DNA from: Candidatus Pacearchaeota archaeon CG_4_10_14_0_2_um_filter_35_33
GTDB lineage: Archaea > Nanobdellota > Nanobdellia > Pacearchaeales > GW2011-AR1
NCBI GenBank assembly: GCA_002792635.1
Contig: PFOR01000027.1
Span: 2,563-66,562, forward strand
DNA: 64,000 bases
Reading direction: 5' to 3'
Part shown: in pieces, positions 10,201 through 20,414 of the stretch
How positions within the stretch are numbered: the stretch's first letter is position 1
Layout of the letters: every line of letters starts with the position of its first letter
The notes under the pieces: model-generated
What the model saw: the letters and a program-made list of their open reading frames with translations, nothing else
The model's database searches: none
What the model was told of the DNA's origin: nothing
Program-made: the position numbers and the translations under genes

Positions 10201-10890
10201 CATTTCATAAGTTATGTTTATGTCCTTTAGTATTTTTTCAAACCAAAATCTTCTTGGCTTATCCATTGGTCTTCCAGACAAAGTTATTATAGGAAAACTC
10301 GCTATTAACTTCTTACATTTTATCGAAGATAGAAAGGTTTTTACATCCTTATGGGGCATCTTTACTATATCAAAAACCTTTAGGATTAAACAAATGTCTG
10401 CTTCTGGCAATTGCGGAAGTGTTCTTATATCTGATAAGATTAACTTGTAATCTATTTTATTTTTTTCAAAGAATATTTTTAAAATTTTAAGATTGTTTTC
10501 ATCCACATCTTGAGCATAATATTTCGCGCCTGTTTTTGCCAAGACAATTGGATTGAGACCACAACCTATATCCAAGATAGATTTGGGATTATTTTGAAAT
10601 ATTTCTTTTTTTAAATCTGGATAAAAAGAAACCCTTTCATTGGTGGATTTATGATTTTGTACTATTTTGTCAAACTCTCCTTTTTCTGCCAATTTTAATA
10701 ATTTTGATGAGCTCTTGAATCTTCCCACTAATTTTCTTAGTTCTGCCCTAACTTCTTTTATTACAATTTTTTCATCTTTTTTTGATTTTGGTTTTATCTT
10801 TTCCAGCACTTTTTTTAGGGAATCTTGAACGACTGAATCCGAAATTCCCGAGAGTTCTTTTTTCTCTTTGATTTTTCTTACATAATTCAT
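10156..10890 (-). CDS. 16S rRNA m7G1405 methyltransferase-like protein (ArmA/RmtB/FmrO/Sgm family)
   Basis: HKSTNER, LDIGCGLNP, DICLILKVF and SFPIITLSGR match the family motifs HxSTxER, DxxCGxNP, DxxLxLK and SFPxxxLxGR. Confidence 0.8.
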   Translation of the reverse strand: MNYVRKIKEKKELSGISDSVVQDSLKKVLEKIKPKSKKDEKIVIKEVRAELRKLVGRFKSSSKLLKLAEKGEFDKIVQNHKSTNERVSFYPDLKKEIFQNNPKSILDIGCGLNPIVLAKTGAKYYAQDVDENNLKILKIFFEKNKIDYKLILSDIRTLPQLPEADICLILKVFDIVKMPHKDVKTFLSSIKCKKLIASFPIITLSGRPMDKPRRFWFEKILKDINITYEMLHSQNEIFYCSKND

Positions 10891-10940
10891 TTAATAAAGA
10901 GCTGAGAAAGTTATTTAAATCTGTTTAGATACCTGAGAAC

Positions 10941-11639
10941 ATGAGGGGAAAGAGAGGTCTGCAGCATGTTGAATTTATAGTTTCTTTTGTGGTATTTGTT
11001 AGTTTTCTTGCACTTGCCTTCTATTTTTTTAGCCCTGTTCGGGGGGACAGGATAGTGGATTCAACTCTTTTTTACACTTTTGATGAAATAACTGATAATG
11101 CTACAGTAAGACTGGCTACATATTCATTAAACATGGATAAAAATCTCCAGGAAAATGTTGTAGGTATTCCATTTCCTGAGGAGGCAGGCTTGGGTGTCAG
11201 GGCAGAAAATCAAGATGGAATAGTTAGGGGAAGCGGGTTTGATGAGTCTAATGTTTATATTAACAGAGGGGGGGATTCCTTTTTCTTTTTGTTTTTTTCT
11301 GAAGAATACCCTGATTCAGGAGTTAGAGGAAATATCTTAAGTTCTGATAATTATACTGTTTCATCTTCGGAAGAAAGATATGTTTATAGTGAAAATAAGA
11401 TTCTATATCTAAAGGGTATTTATGACAGCGACTCTGGATATGAAAAACTGAAAAAAGAGTTTAATCTCCCTGTTAGGAGTAGTTTTGGTTTTGTTGTTGA
11501 GTTTGATGACGGGACAAAGATTTCTGCAGAAAAGAATATACCTGAAGGATTAGAGGTATTTAGCGAAGATAAAAGAATAGAAATTTTAAAGAAAAATGGA
11601 AAAATAGAGTTCGCTAATCTGAGGGTGATAATATGGTGA
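10941..11639 (+). CDS. Pilin-like protein with class III signal peptide
   Basis: KRG/LQHVEFIVSFVVFV. Confidence 0.72.
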   Translation: MRGKRGLQHVEFIVSFVVFVSFLALAFYFFSPVRGDRIVDSTLFYTFDEITDNATVRLATYSLNMDKNLQENVVGIPFPEEAGLGVRAENQDGIVRGSGFDESNVYINRGGDSFFFLFFSEEYPDSGVRGNILSSDNYTVSSSEERYVYSENKILYLKGIYDSDSGYEKLKKEFNLPVRSSFGFVVEFDDGTKISAEKNIPEGLEVFSEDKRIEILKKNGKIEFANLRVIIW

Positions 11640-12079
11640 ACAAAAGAGGCATTATCAGGATATTGGAAGCGACTATTGCATTAGTTATAATAATAAGTTT
11701 TCTTTTTTTAACTCAGGCTAGGACAAGAGATGTTTCTCAACCAGATTTTAGTGAAAGGGCACAAGATGTATTGGAAGAAATATCTAGGCAATCTAGTTTG
11801 AGGGATGAAGTTTCTTCGGTTTCTCTTCTTCCGACAGGAAGAGCGACAATAGAAAGTGGAGTGCTGTATGATTTTGTTGATTCGAGAATTCCTGAAAGTT
11901 ATCTCAAATTCCAATTTAGAATTTGTGAGCAGATAGATAAAATTTGTTCATCTGATAGATTTATCGAAGGAGATGTTTATGCTGCTGAAAGAGTTATAGT
12001 GCCTTCAGTCGATTATAATAATGTGGGGGGATTGGAACCACGAAAGATTGCGTTGTTCATATATAGAAATGAAGTATGA
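11633..12079 (+). CDS. Pilin-like protein with class III signal peptide
   Basis: KRG/IIRILEATIALVII. Confidence 0.72.
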   Translation: MVNKRGIIRILEATIALVIIISFLFLTQARTRDVSQPDFSERAQDVLEEISRQSSLRDEVSSVSLLPTGRATIESGVLYDFVDSRIPESYLKFQFRICEQIDKICSSDRFIEGDVYAAERVIVPSVDYNNVGGLEPRKIALFIYRNEV

Positions 12080-12473
12080 GTTTTTAGAGCACACGGCAGA
12101 TGTGAAATTTAGAGTTTATGGAAAGACATTTGGAAAGATTTTTGAGCATACTGCTTTAGCTGTTTCCGAAATACTATCTGGAGGAAATAAGGTTGATCCA
12201 ATTTCTGTCAAAGAAGTTGAGATTGAGGGGAGTGATAAAGAAAGATTATTATGCGATTTTATAGATGAATTGATTTATTATTTAGATGCCGAGGATTTTT
12301 TAGTGTCAAAGGCTAAAGTAAAAGTTAAAGGGAATAAGTTGAAAGCGAAAATTTTTGGTGATGATGCTCTCGCTTATCCAGGTTTGGACCATATTAAGGC
12401 GGCAACTTATGCAGAGATGTATGTCAAAAAGAAGAAGGATGGCTGGGAGGCTCAAGTGGTTGTGGATGTTTGA
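12069..12473 (+). CDS. Archease (RtcB cofactor)
   Basis: MKYEFLEHTADV...IKAATY...VVVDV; true start is ATG 12069. Confidence 0.95.
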   Translation: MKYEFLEHTADVKFRVYGKTFGKIFEHTALAVSEILSGGNKVDPISVKEVEIEGSDKERLLCDFIDELIYYLDAEDFLVSKAKVKVKGNKLKAKIFGDDALAYPGLDHIKAATYAEMYVKKKKDGWEAQVVVDV

Positions 12474-12485
12474 TAATCCTTTATT

Positions 12486-13097
12486 TTAGGCCACAAATAT
12501 CCTCCTGTAATCTTCTGATATTTTGGGGATTAAAATAAAATTGTTTTCTGAAATTTCCATCTCGCAACTTCCAAATGTTTTAAAAGAGATTTGATAAATT
12601 ATTTTTTTGTTTTCTGTATCCTCAAATACATTCTTTTCGATTTCGTGACTGCACCCGCCACCAGAAACGGCTTTACCAAGAAGAGTGTATTTTAAGAAAT
12701 CTATTTCTGGATAGTTATAATCATTACAACCAATATCAAAAAGTTCTTGTGTTTTATTCCATTAAAGTGTGGGGTTTGTTTGAACCTTTGGATGCTCAAG
12801 GTTGCATTCGTCCATGCACTATAAAGTACATGGTTTTCTGCATCGGCAACCTTGACATAAAGATTGGGTGATTTGAATGGACCGGTGTCGATAGCTTGTT
12901 GATATTCTTCTTGATTCCTAATTACCCCCTCTTTTTTTTGAAAAAAACCCATACATTTCAAATCTAAATCTTGGCACTCTATTTTTTAATTCACCGATTG
13001 GCAAATCTATTGTTTGATAAAGCATAACTAGAAGAATTATGATAACTATGATAAGAGTTACAATCCAATATGATTTAGAGAACCTACTTTTCTTTAT
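12486..13097 (-). pseudogene. Frameshifted gene for a membrane-anchored secreted protein
   Basis: ATA-starting frame with TM (WIVTLIIVIIILLVML), shift near T8/A7 tracts to GVIRNQEEYQQ..., further shifts to YPEIDF / TLLGKAVSGGGC...GSC...LIPKISEDY. Confidence 0.6.
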
Positions 13098-13147
13098 GTT
13101 CTCTAGTAGGCGATTAGTTTAATAAAGCTAGCTAATTAATTAATTAC

Positions 13148-14551
13148 ATGAAGAAGAAATCAGAGAACGTATATGAAATTCCTGAAACAGGCAAGATGAA
13201 AGTGCCGGGGATAGTTTATGCTTCTGAAAAATTGGTAAAAAATATTGAGAAAGACAAAACTCTTGAACAAGTGAGGAATGTTGCTAAACTCCCGGGAATA
13301 TTAAAAGCTAGTTACGCAATGCCTGATGCACATCAAGGATATGGATTTCCAATTGGAGGGGTTGCAGCTTTTTCATTGGATAAAGGAATTGTCAGTCCTG
13401 GGGGAGTTGGATATGATATTAATTGTGGTGTTAGGCTATTAAAGACTGGATTGAGTAAGAAAGATTTTTTAAAACAGAGAGAAAAAGTGACGCATGATGT
13501 AATGATAGGAATACCTTCGGGAGTTGGAAGGAAAGGAAAATTTAGTTTTACTGAGAAAGAAATTAAAGAAATTATGGAACAGGGTGTTAGATGGATGGTT
13601 GGAAAGTATGCGGAGAAAAAAGACTTAGAAAGAATTGAGGACTCTGGATGTATAAAAGGCGCTGACTCCAGTAAAGTATCTGGAAAGGCAATTGGAAGAG
13701 GAAGAAATCAGCTTGGCACATTAGGGGCTGGAAATCATTTCATTGAAATTCAAGTTGTTGATGAGATATTTGATAAAAAAACTGCGGGAGCATTCGGTTT
13801 GAAATTGGGGGAGGTGGTAATAATGATTCATTCTGGAAGCAGGGGATTAGGACATCAAGTTGCTTCTGATTATATTAAAAAGATGGAATCCGAATATGGA
13901 TTCAAACATCTGCCAGATAGAGAATTGGCAGCCGCACCTTTAAAATCCAAATTGGCGAAGGATTATTTGAGTGCGATGAGGGCAGCCGCTAATTTCGCAT
14001 TCTGCAATAGACAATTTATGACTTATAAATTAAGAGATATTTTCAAAAAGCATTTTGGAAAAAAGATAGAGATTGTTTATGACATTGCACATAACATTGT
14101 AAAGTTTGAAAAGTATAAAATAGATGGGAAGATGAAGGAAGTATGTGTGCATAGGAAAGGCGCTACAAGGAGTTTTGGGCCTGGAAGAAAGGAACTAGGA
14201 AGTAAATATAAGAAAACAGGGTGCCCTGTTTTAATTCCCGGTAGTATGGGTACATTTTCTTATGTTCTTGTTGGGACTAAAAAGGCGGAAGAATTATCTT
14301 GGGGAAGTACTGCCCATGGTGCTGGAAGATTGATGAGCAGGAAAAAGGCAATGCAGGAATTGACTAGGAAAGAAGTGGAATCTAAATTGAAAAAGCATGA
14401 CGTTTATATCGAAGCAGGAAGCAATAAGGGTGTTGTGGAAGAAGCTCCCGAGGCATATAAAGACATTAACGAAGTAGTTAGAGTGAGTAGTGAAATTGGC
14501 TTAGGAAAAATGGTAGCTAAGTTAAAGCCTCTAGCAGTCGTGAAGGGTTAA
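13148..14551 (+). CDS. rtcB: tRNA-splicing ligase RtcB
   Basis: MPDAHQGYGFPIG, GYDINCG, GNHFIE, HSGSRG, HRKGA, HGAGR motifs. Confidence 0.98.
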   Translation: MKKKSENVYEIPETGKMKVPGIVYASEKLVKNIEKDKTLEQVRNVAKLPGILKASYAMPDAHQGYGFPIGGVAAFSLDKGIVSPGGVGYDINCGVRLLKTGLSKKDFLKQREKVTHDVMIGIPSGVGRKGKFSFTEKEIKEIMEQGVRWMVGKYAEKKDLERIEDSGCIKGADSSKVSGKAIGRGRNQLGTLGAGNHFIEIQVVDEIFDKKTAGAFGLKLGEVVIMIHSGSRGLGHQVASDYIKKMESEYGFKHLPDRELAAAPLKSKLAKDYLSAMRAAANFAFCNRQFMTYKLRDIFKKHFGKKIEIVYDIAHNIVKFEKYKIDGKMKEVCVHRKGATRSFGPGRKELGSKYKKTGCPVLIPGSMGTFSYVLVGTKKAEELSWGSTAHGAGRLMSRKKAMQELTRKEVESKLKKHDVYIEAGSNKGVVEEAPEAYKDINEVVRVSSEIGLGKMVAKLKPLAVVKG

Positions 14552-14585
14552 TAATCTTTATAAAGTTCTATTTGCTGTTACCAAG

Positions 14586-17500
14586 ATGGGAAAGAGGTGG
14601 ATGTTATTAGGAGTATTGTTTGTTGTTGTATTGGCAGTTAATGCTAGTGCAATTAATGTCTGTACTGCTGAGGAATTGGATGCTGTAAGGAATAATTTGA
14701 CTGCAGATTATGTTCAGGTTTGTGATATTGATTTAGAAGTTTTTGGAGAATGGACACCTATCGGTGGAGATAATAACGAATTTACTGGAACATATGATGG
14801 TAATGGTCATAAAATAAGTGGATTAGTGCACAATAGCGCAAATAGCGTTTCGGTTGGGCTTTTTGGTGGATTAGGGTCTACTGCGATTGTTTCTAATGTT
14901 AGATTGGAAAGTGCAAGCATTATTGTTTCTGGCACTTTTTCTAAATGGACTGGTGGAATTGCAGGATATAGTGATGGAACAATAAGAGATTCCTCTGTTA
15001 GTGGAGTTGTCGTAGGTTATCATGGTGTTGGAGGACTTGTTGGATATCTTGGAAGGAATGGAATTATAGAAAGATCTTTCTCAACTGCAAATGTTGAGGG
15101 AGGAGATGTAACTGGAGGTCTAGTAGGACTTACTCATATTGCTGGTAATCCTCAAGTAATTGACTCATATTCTAATGGTAGTGTTACCTCTTCTGTTAAT
15201 CGGGCTGGAGGTTTGATTGGAGATATATCGAATGCAACAGTTACAAATTCTTATTCTTCTGGATTTGTTAGTTCCCCTCATTGGGCTGGGGGTTTGATTG
15301 GAGGAGTTGGAGGGGGTTTAATAACAAGTTCTTACTGGGATAAAGAGAGTGGTGGTCAAACTACCAGTGCTGGAGGAGTTGGAAAAACAACAGCCCAGAT
15401 GAAACAACAATCAACATTCCAGAACTGGGACTTTGCAAATGTGTGGAATATTGTTAATGAGGAGACATATCCTTGGTTGAAATGGGAGGGGGCTCAGGAC
15501 TTTGCATGTTCTTCACAAGATCAGAAGATTTTAGGAATATCTGCTGTTACCAATGCACATGGGGAGATAGCTAATCAAAATAATTATTTGATTGATATTT
15601 GTTACGATGATATCTTTGGTGTTAAATACTCTGGAGCAACAAGAGACTGTACAATAGAAGGAAAGGTATTAAGACTATCGGGAGATACAAATGCGCATGG
15701 GGAGATAATAGAAGAAAGCACCGGCAGTTATAGTGATGTTTGTTACGGAGATTTGGATTGTAATTCTATTTCCTTGACGGAACAATGTGATATAGCCAAT
15801 GGTCAGAGAGAGGTTATATCTTTGTCTGGAAACACAAATGCTCATATGGAAACTGCGGATGCGGATGGGTTCCAGAGTGGATATAAGGTTTGTTGTTATT
15901 CCGGACAATCGGGAGGTGGGCCTGGAGAGATTACTTATGTTGAATGGCAGGATGCATTTGGAAGTAAAATAACAGAGACAAATAAAGGAAGAACTGTTAC
16001 TGTTTATGCTGAGACAACTGCAGAGGATGGAACTATAATAGAATTTGATGTTTGGGATGATGACGGCATATTTGGAAGGGATATTATTTTTGGAAAGGAT
16101 GGATTTGGAGGTTCACTTGTTGGGAGCATAGAAAATGGGCTTGCAAGTTCCTCATTTAAAATAACTAATGAAATTGTAGATTCTGCTGGTGGTGAAATTG
16201 ATTGTAAGGATGGATTGGAATTTTATTTTGAGGCTAGAATACCTGATTCTTCGATGGAAAGTGGATTGTTGACTGTTTCATGTGAAGAAGGCGATAATGA
16301 ACCTCCTCGTGCTAATATTACTTCTCCAACTCATAGAGGAATATACTTTACCAACGTCCCTATTTTATTCAACCAGAGTAGTTTTGACCCTGAAAACAAC
16401 ATTATCAATTTCTTATGGGTAGTTGAAAAGAATGGAGAGCTTTTCTTTGAAGATACTAGAGAATCATTCTATTATAGTTTTGACCAGAATGATGCAGACC
16501 AATATACTATAACATTGAGAGTCGAGGATGAATATGGATTATATGATGAAGACCAGGTTTCAATAATTGTTACAGCGAGTCCTGGGATGATGGCTTATAT
16601 CAATGAGCCATTCCACCAAGCGGTGTTAAGAGATTTAGATTTGAAATTTAGGTTTAATGCTAGTGATAGTTATGTGATTAATACTGTGCAAGGAAATTTC
16701 TCAAACAATTGTGACTATTATATAGAATGTACTGGGGGTAATTGTCCTCCTAAGACAGAAAACTCGCCTAATGGATGTAATAAAGACAAGCTTGATGTTA
16801 GTCCACCACTTGATGTAGGATTTAACGATGGAAATTTGTTATTCAGTTGGAGATTTTATGATGAAGTTCTGGATAACCCTATTATGGAAATTGATAGGGT
16901 GACTGGAATAACAGCATTTGGGGTTTCTTCCCATAACTTTAACGATAAGAATATAGGGTTGAATCTTAAATTTGATAATGGAACTGGAGATTTAGTTATT
17001 GATAAGAATACAAATAGAGAATTTACTCTTGTAGACGGAAGACAGTGTATTGAGGGAGGTAGGACTTGGCTTGAGTTGGATGAGAATGGATTTGTTATTG
17101 GAGAGTATGATACATTAAACAATCCTGATGCTTGTAAGGGTGTTGATGGCACTGCTGGAACTGGTGATGATTGTTGTCCGGCTCTTATGAAATGTGTTGA
17201 TGGAGAAGGCTGTGTTTCTGATGAAGGAAGTGATATAACTTCTTGCGGGGATTATGAGACATCTGGACAATGTTTTACAGATGAATACGGAATAGGGAGA
17301 CTTCCTGAGCCTGTTGATCCGATGTGGGATACTTTGAATTGTGGAGGTTTGGATGAAAATGGCAGAATCGTGCAATGCGAATGTGATTGGGATACTGATG
17401 ATGATGAATGCGGATTGAAGGCGAGTTATAGAGATTCAGGAGGAGGAAATAATGCCTGTGAAGAAAACACTTGTTTGGTGACTTATGAGGAAGGACAGTG

Positions 17501-17726
17501 TGATAATGGTTTCATGGAAATATATGTAAATGCTAAATGGGAAGGGGGAGAATGTGATAAGGGAGTTGGAGAAGATGAATGTAATGAGTTTGGTGGCACC
17601 CATATAGTGCCTTGCGGAAGACCCATAATTGAACTTCCATTCTTTGGAGGAGTTCAGTTTGCCATTGCATTGATAGTAATATTTATCATATATTATGTAT
17701 TTTTCAGGACTAAAAAGAGGAAATAG
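14586..17726 (+). CDS. Large surface protein: signal peptide, GLUG-type Gly-rich repeats, 3x TNAH repeat, PKD-like domain, Cys-rich stalk, C-terminal TM
   Basis: FTGTYDGNGHKISGL, VGGLVG repeats, WDFANVW; acidic Cys-rich C-terminus; TM + RTKKRK. Confidence 0.8.
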   Translation: MGKRWMLLGVLFVVVLAVNASAINVCTAEELDAVRNNLTADYVQVCDIDLEVFGEWTPIGGDNNEFTGTYDGNGHKISGLVHNSANSVSVGLFGGLGSTAIVSNVRLESASIIVSGTFSKWTGGIAGYSDGTIRDSSVSGVVVGYHGVGGLVGYLGRNGIIERSFSTANVEGGDVTGGLVGLTHIAGNPQVIDSYSNGSVTSSVNRAGGLIGDISNATVTNSYSSGFVSSPHWAGGLIGGVGGGLITSSYWDKESGGQTTSAGGVGKTTAQMKQQSTFQNWDFANVWNIVNEETYPWLKWEGAQDFACSSQDQKILGISAVTNAHGEIANQNNYLIDICYDDIFGVKYSGATRDCTIEGKVLRLSGDTNAHGEIIEESTGSYSDVCYGDLDCNSISLTEQCDIANGQREVISLSGNTNAHMETADADGFQSGYKVCCYSGQSGGGPGEITYVEWQDAFGSKITETNKGRTVTVYAETTAEDGTIIEFDVWDDDGIFGRDIIFGKDGFGGSLVGSIENGLASSSFKITNEIVDSAGGEIDCKDGLEFYFEARIPDSSMESGLLTVSCEEGDNEPPRANITSPTHRGIYFTNVPILFNQSSFDPENNIINFLWVVEKNGELFFEDTRESFYYSFDQNDADQYTITLRVEDEYGLYDEDQVSIIVTASPGMMAYINEPFHQAVLRDLDLKFRFNASDSYVINTVQGNFSNNCDYYIECTGGNCPPKTENSPNGCNKDKLDVSPPLDVGFNDGNLLFSWRFYDEVLDNPIMEIDRVTGITAFGVSSHNFNDKNIGLNLKFDNGTGDLVIDKNTNREFTLVDGRQCIEGGRTWLELDENGFVIGEYDTLNNPDACKGVDGTAGTGDDCCPALMKCVDGEGCVSDEGSDITSCGDYETSGQCFTDEYGIGRLPEPVDPMWDTLNCGGLDENGRIVQCECDWDTDDDECGLKASYRDSGGGNNACEENTCLVTYEEGQCDNGFMEIYVNAKWEGGECDKGVGEDECNEFGGTHIVPCGRPIIELPFFGGVQFAIALIVIFIIYYVFFRTKKRK

Positions 17727-17727
17727 A

Positions 17728-20349
17728 ATGGCAAATAAATTTTATGGTGGTTTAATTATAATAATTTTTCTTGCCGTTGGAGTTTTTGCAAGTTTTGATT
17801 ATAATGGAAATAGCCTTGTAACGAGTTATGCCGAAGGAGAGATTATTAAGGGAAGTGTGAATATTAGTTTTAATAATGAGAAAGCGGAGAGCATGTTTAC
17901 GTCTAATTTGGACGGGGAGAGCAGTTTATTGGATTTCCTTTTGAATAATAGTCTGGAAATTGATGTCGATTTTGATTGTAGTACGCCTGATTGTGAAACA
18001 GGATATGAGCCTCTTAGCGAATTAAATCAATTTGTTCTAGAGGATGAAAGGGTATTAGGATTTAGAGTTTCTGGGAATGACATATCTTCGGTGGAATCTG
18101 CAAAATTTAGAATAACCGGAAATTCTGGAAATAGCTGCATTAATCCGGTGTTCATAGACATATTAAATAACAACCAGGAAATTTTAGTTTCAGATAGTTA
18201 TGTTGAAGACGAGTATTGTGGGAATACAAATAGGGGTTGCTTTGATACCGGTGCTAATTTAGATGAAGTTCAAGTGGCAACTTCTCCTTACTGTAATAAG
18301 ATGGTTATTCCTACTGGTCCTGGCATAGAAGTTGGAGCTAAAATAAAAAATACAACAAAAGGTGTTGCTGATTTGAAAATGGAATTGTATGGTATTGATG
18401 GTGATTTTATCGATGCATGCGATTTACCAAAGCATACTCAAATAGAAGAAACATTGGGTTGTGTTATTAATTACAGCATTGTTCAACAGGATGAATATTT
18501 AGTTTGTGTGAAAAGAGCGAGTGCGACTGGGAATCCAAATTATAAGATAATGTCTGAAAATGAAGAGGAAATCTGTGGTACTGATAATTTGGGAATAAGC
18601 TATACAAGAGATTATGATATCTATATGAAAGTCTTGAAATATGGACCTATCGACATGATTGTTGATGATGGATTATTTAATAAAAAATACAATTTTAATC
18701 TTAAGGGTTACATAATGGACTACATATATGACAATTATGCTGGAGATTGTCAGCCTGATTGTGTTGTGCCAATTAGATTTTATGGTGGTAGCCAAGTAGA
18801 ATTCAGTTTGAGTGATATAGAATTTAGTTTTAAAGATGGAAATACCCTTGTTGAAAAAAACAGCATTTATGATGTAACTGAAACCCCTGCGTTGATTAGC
18901 TTAGAGGATTTGATATTAGATTTAAGTAAGGCAGGCTTCAGCGTTCCTTACGATACTAACCAAAATAAGTTTAAATTATATTTAGGCGGGAATAAAATAT
19001 TTGAGGAGCCCATAGAAGTAAGTGAGAGTTTTGAATTTGATGTTAATCCAAAATTTGTCGCGTTTGGTCAGAGCACTGTTTTCTATGCTAGTGCTTCTGA
19101 TGGAAACATAACTAAAACCGAATGGAAGTTTGGTGACGGAGATGAAGAAATTGTTAATGGTAACAGAGTCACCCATAGATATCTCGAGCAAGGGGAATTT
19201 GATTTAGAGGTAACTGCAACAAAGGATGGAAACATTACTGGAACTAGAACATTTACAATTCTTGTTGCTGATGCTAAGGAATCTGCAAGAATAACCATAG
19301 ATGACTACAATTCAAGGATTGTAACAGTTAAGGAAAATATCTTGGATTATCCTGATTGGTTTGGTATCTATCTAACCATCGCGATTAACGTTGAAGGGAT
19401 TGAAAATAAATTGAGCGTTCTTGAAAGTCAATATGAGGGTGCTACTGAGGATGAAAATTATACGGAAATTATGTTAGAACTTTTGGAATTGAAAGTTCCT
19501 AAATCTATAAATTCGACTATAAATGGAAAACTCCCTCTTGTGATTGGTTATGAGAATTTCAACATAGGACATATAGAAGATTTAAGTGGGGATGAAGTTG
19601 ATAATGATAAAGCAGAAAAGGCAATATTGGGTTGGATGGATGAATACTTTAGTGGGAGCATAGGCTTTGATGTAATCAGTGGAGATTTTGATTCGGGAGT
19701 TGAAGCTATTTCTACTAAGTTTGAGGTTGACGTTAGTGTTGATGACGGTGTGCCTGCAACTTCGTACTTAATCATGAATCCAGGACTAGATGAAGTAACA
19801 TTTTCCAAAGAGTCTGGTCAGATGGACGTTTCAGGGGCTACATCGGTTAAGATGGATACTACAAGAAAAGTTTTAGAGTTTGCCATGTCCGGCGAAGTTC
19901 TGGCAGAGGATTTAGGAATTTATATATCTCCTTTCCCTTCTGAACTTGACTTGGAAGAAGATACTGAAACCGGGGAAGAAGATGAAGGCTTCAAGTGGAG
20001 AAGGTTTATAATTGGGATTATAGTTTTAATTGTACTGGCTTTTATTGCATACATAATAATGCAGGAATGGTATAAGAGGAATTACCAACACCACTTGTTT
20101 AGGAATGATAATGACATTTACAATTTGATTAATTTTGTTTATAATGGTAGGAAGGCTGGAATGAATGACAGGCAGATAAAGTATAAATTGAAGCAAAGTC
20201 GATGGAGTGGCGAACAAATAGATTACGCAATAAAGAAATTGGATGGAAAGAGAACCAGAATGTGGGAAATTCCTTTGTTCAGAGGCAGAGAAAAGAAGAA
20301 AATCAAGAAAGAAATCATGAAGAGGCAAAATCCGAGATTTGCTTATTGA
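17728..20349 (+). CDS. Large PKD-domain surface protein with TM and short cytoplasmic helical domain
   Basis: Signal peptide from ATG 17728; WKFGDG...HRYLEQGEF PKD motif; TM RRFIIGIIVLIVLAFIAYII. Confidence 0.8.
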   Translation: MANKFYGGLIIIIFLAVGVFASFDYNGNSLVTSYAEGEIIKGSVNISFNNEKAESMFTSNLDGESSLLDFLLNNSLEIDVDFDCSTPDCETGYEPLSELNQFVLEDERVLGFRVSGNDISSVESAKFRITGNSGNSCINPVFIDILNNNQEILVSDSYVEDEYCGNTNRGCFDTGANLDEVQVATSPYCNKMVIPTGPGIEVGAKIKNTTKGVADLKMELYGIDGDFIDACDLPKHTQIEETLGCVINYSIVQQDEYLVCVKRASATGNPNYKIMSENEEEICGTDNLGISYTRDYDIYMKVLKYGPIDMIVDDGLFNKKYNFNLKGYIMDYIYDNYAGDCQPDCVVPIRFYGGSQVEFSLSDIEFSFKDGNTLVEKNSIYDVTETPALISLEDLILDLSKAGFSVPYDTNQNKFKLYLGGNKIFEEPIEVSESFEFDVNPKFVAFGQSTVFYASASDGNITKTEWKFGDGDEEIVNGNRVTHRYLEQGEFDLEVTATKDGNITGTRTFTILVADAKESARITIDDYNSRIVTVKENILDYPDWFGIYLTIAINVEGIENKLSVLESQYEGATEDENYTEIMLELLELKVPKSINSTINGKLPLVIGYENFNIGHIEDLSGDEVDNDKAEKAILGWMDEYFSGSIGFDVISGDFDSGVEAISTKFEVDVSVDDGVPATSYLIMNPGLDEVTFSKESGQMDVSGATSVKMDTTRKVLEFAMSGEVLAEDLGIYISPFPSELDLEEDTETGEEDEGFKWRRFIIGIIVLIVLAFIAYIIMQEWYKRNYQHHLFRNDNDIYNLINFVYNGRKAGMNDRQIKYKLKQSRWSGEQIDYAIKKLDGKRTRMWEIPLFRGREKKKIKKEIMKRQNPRFAY

Positions 20350-20414
20350 TAATCACTGGAAAGAGATAGTTTAATTAGCATAAGATTTATTAAAAGGTAT
20401 AATTTAATGGTCGT

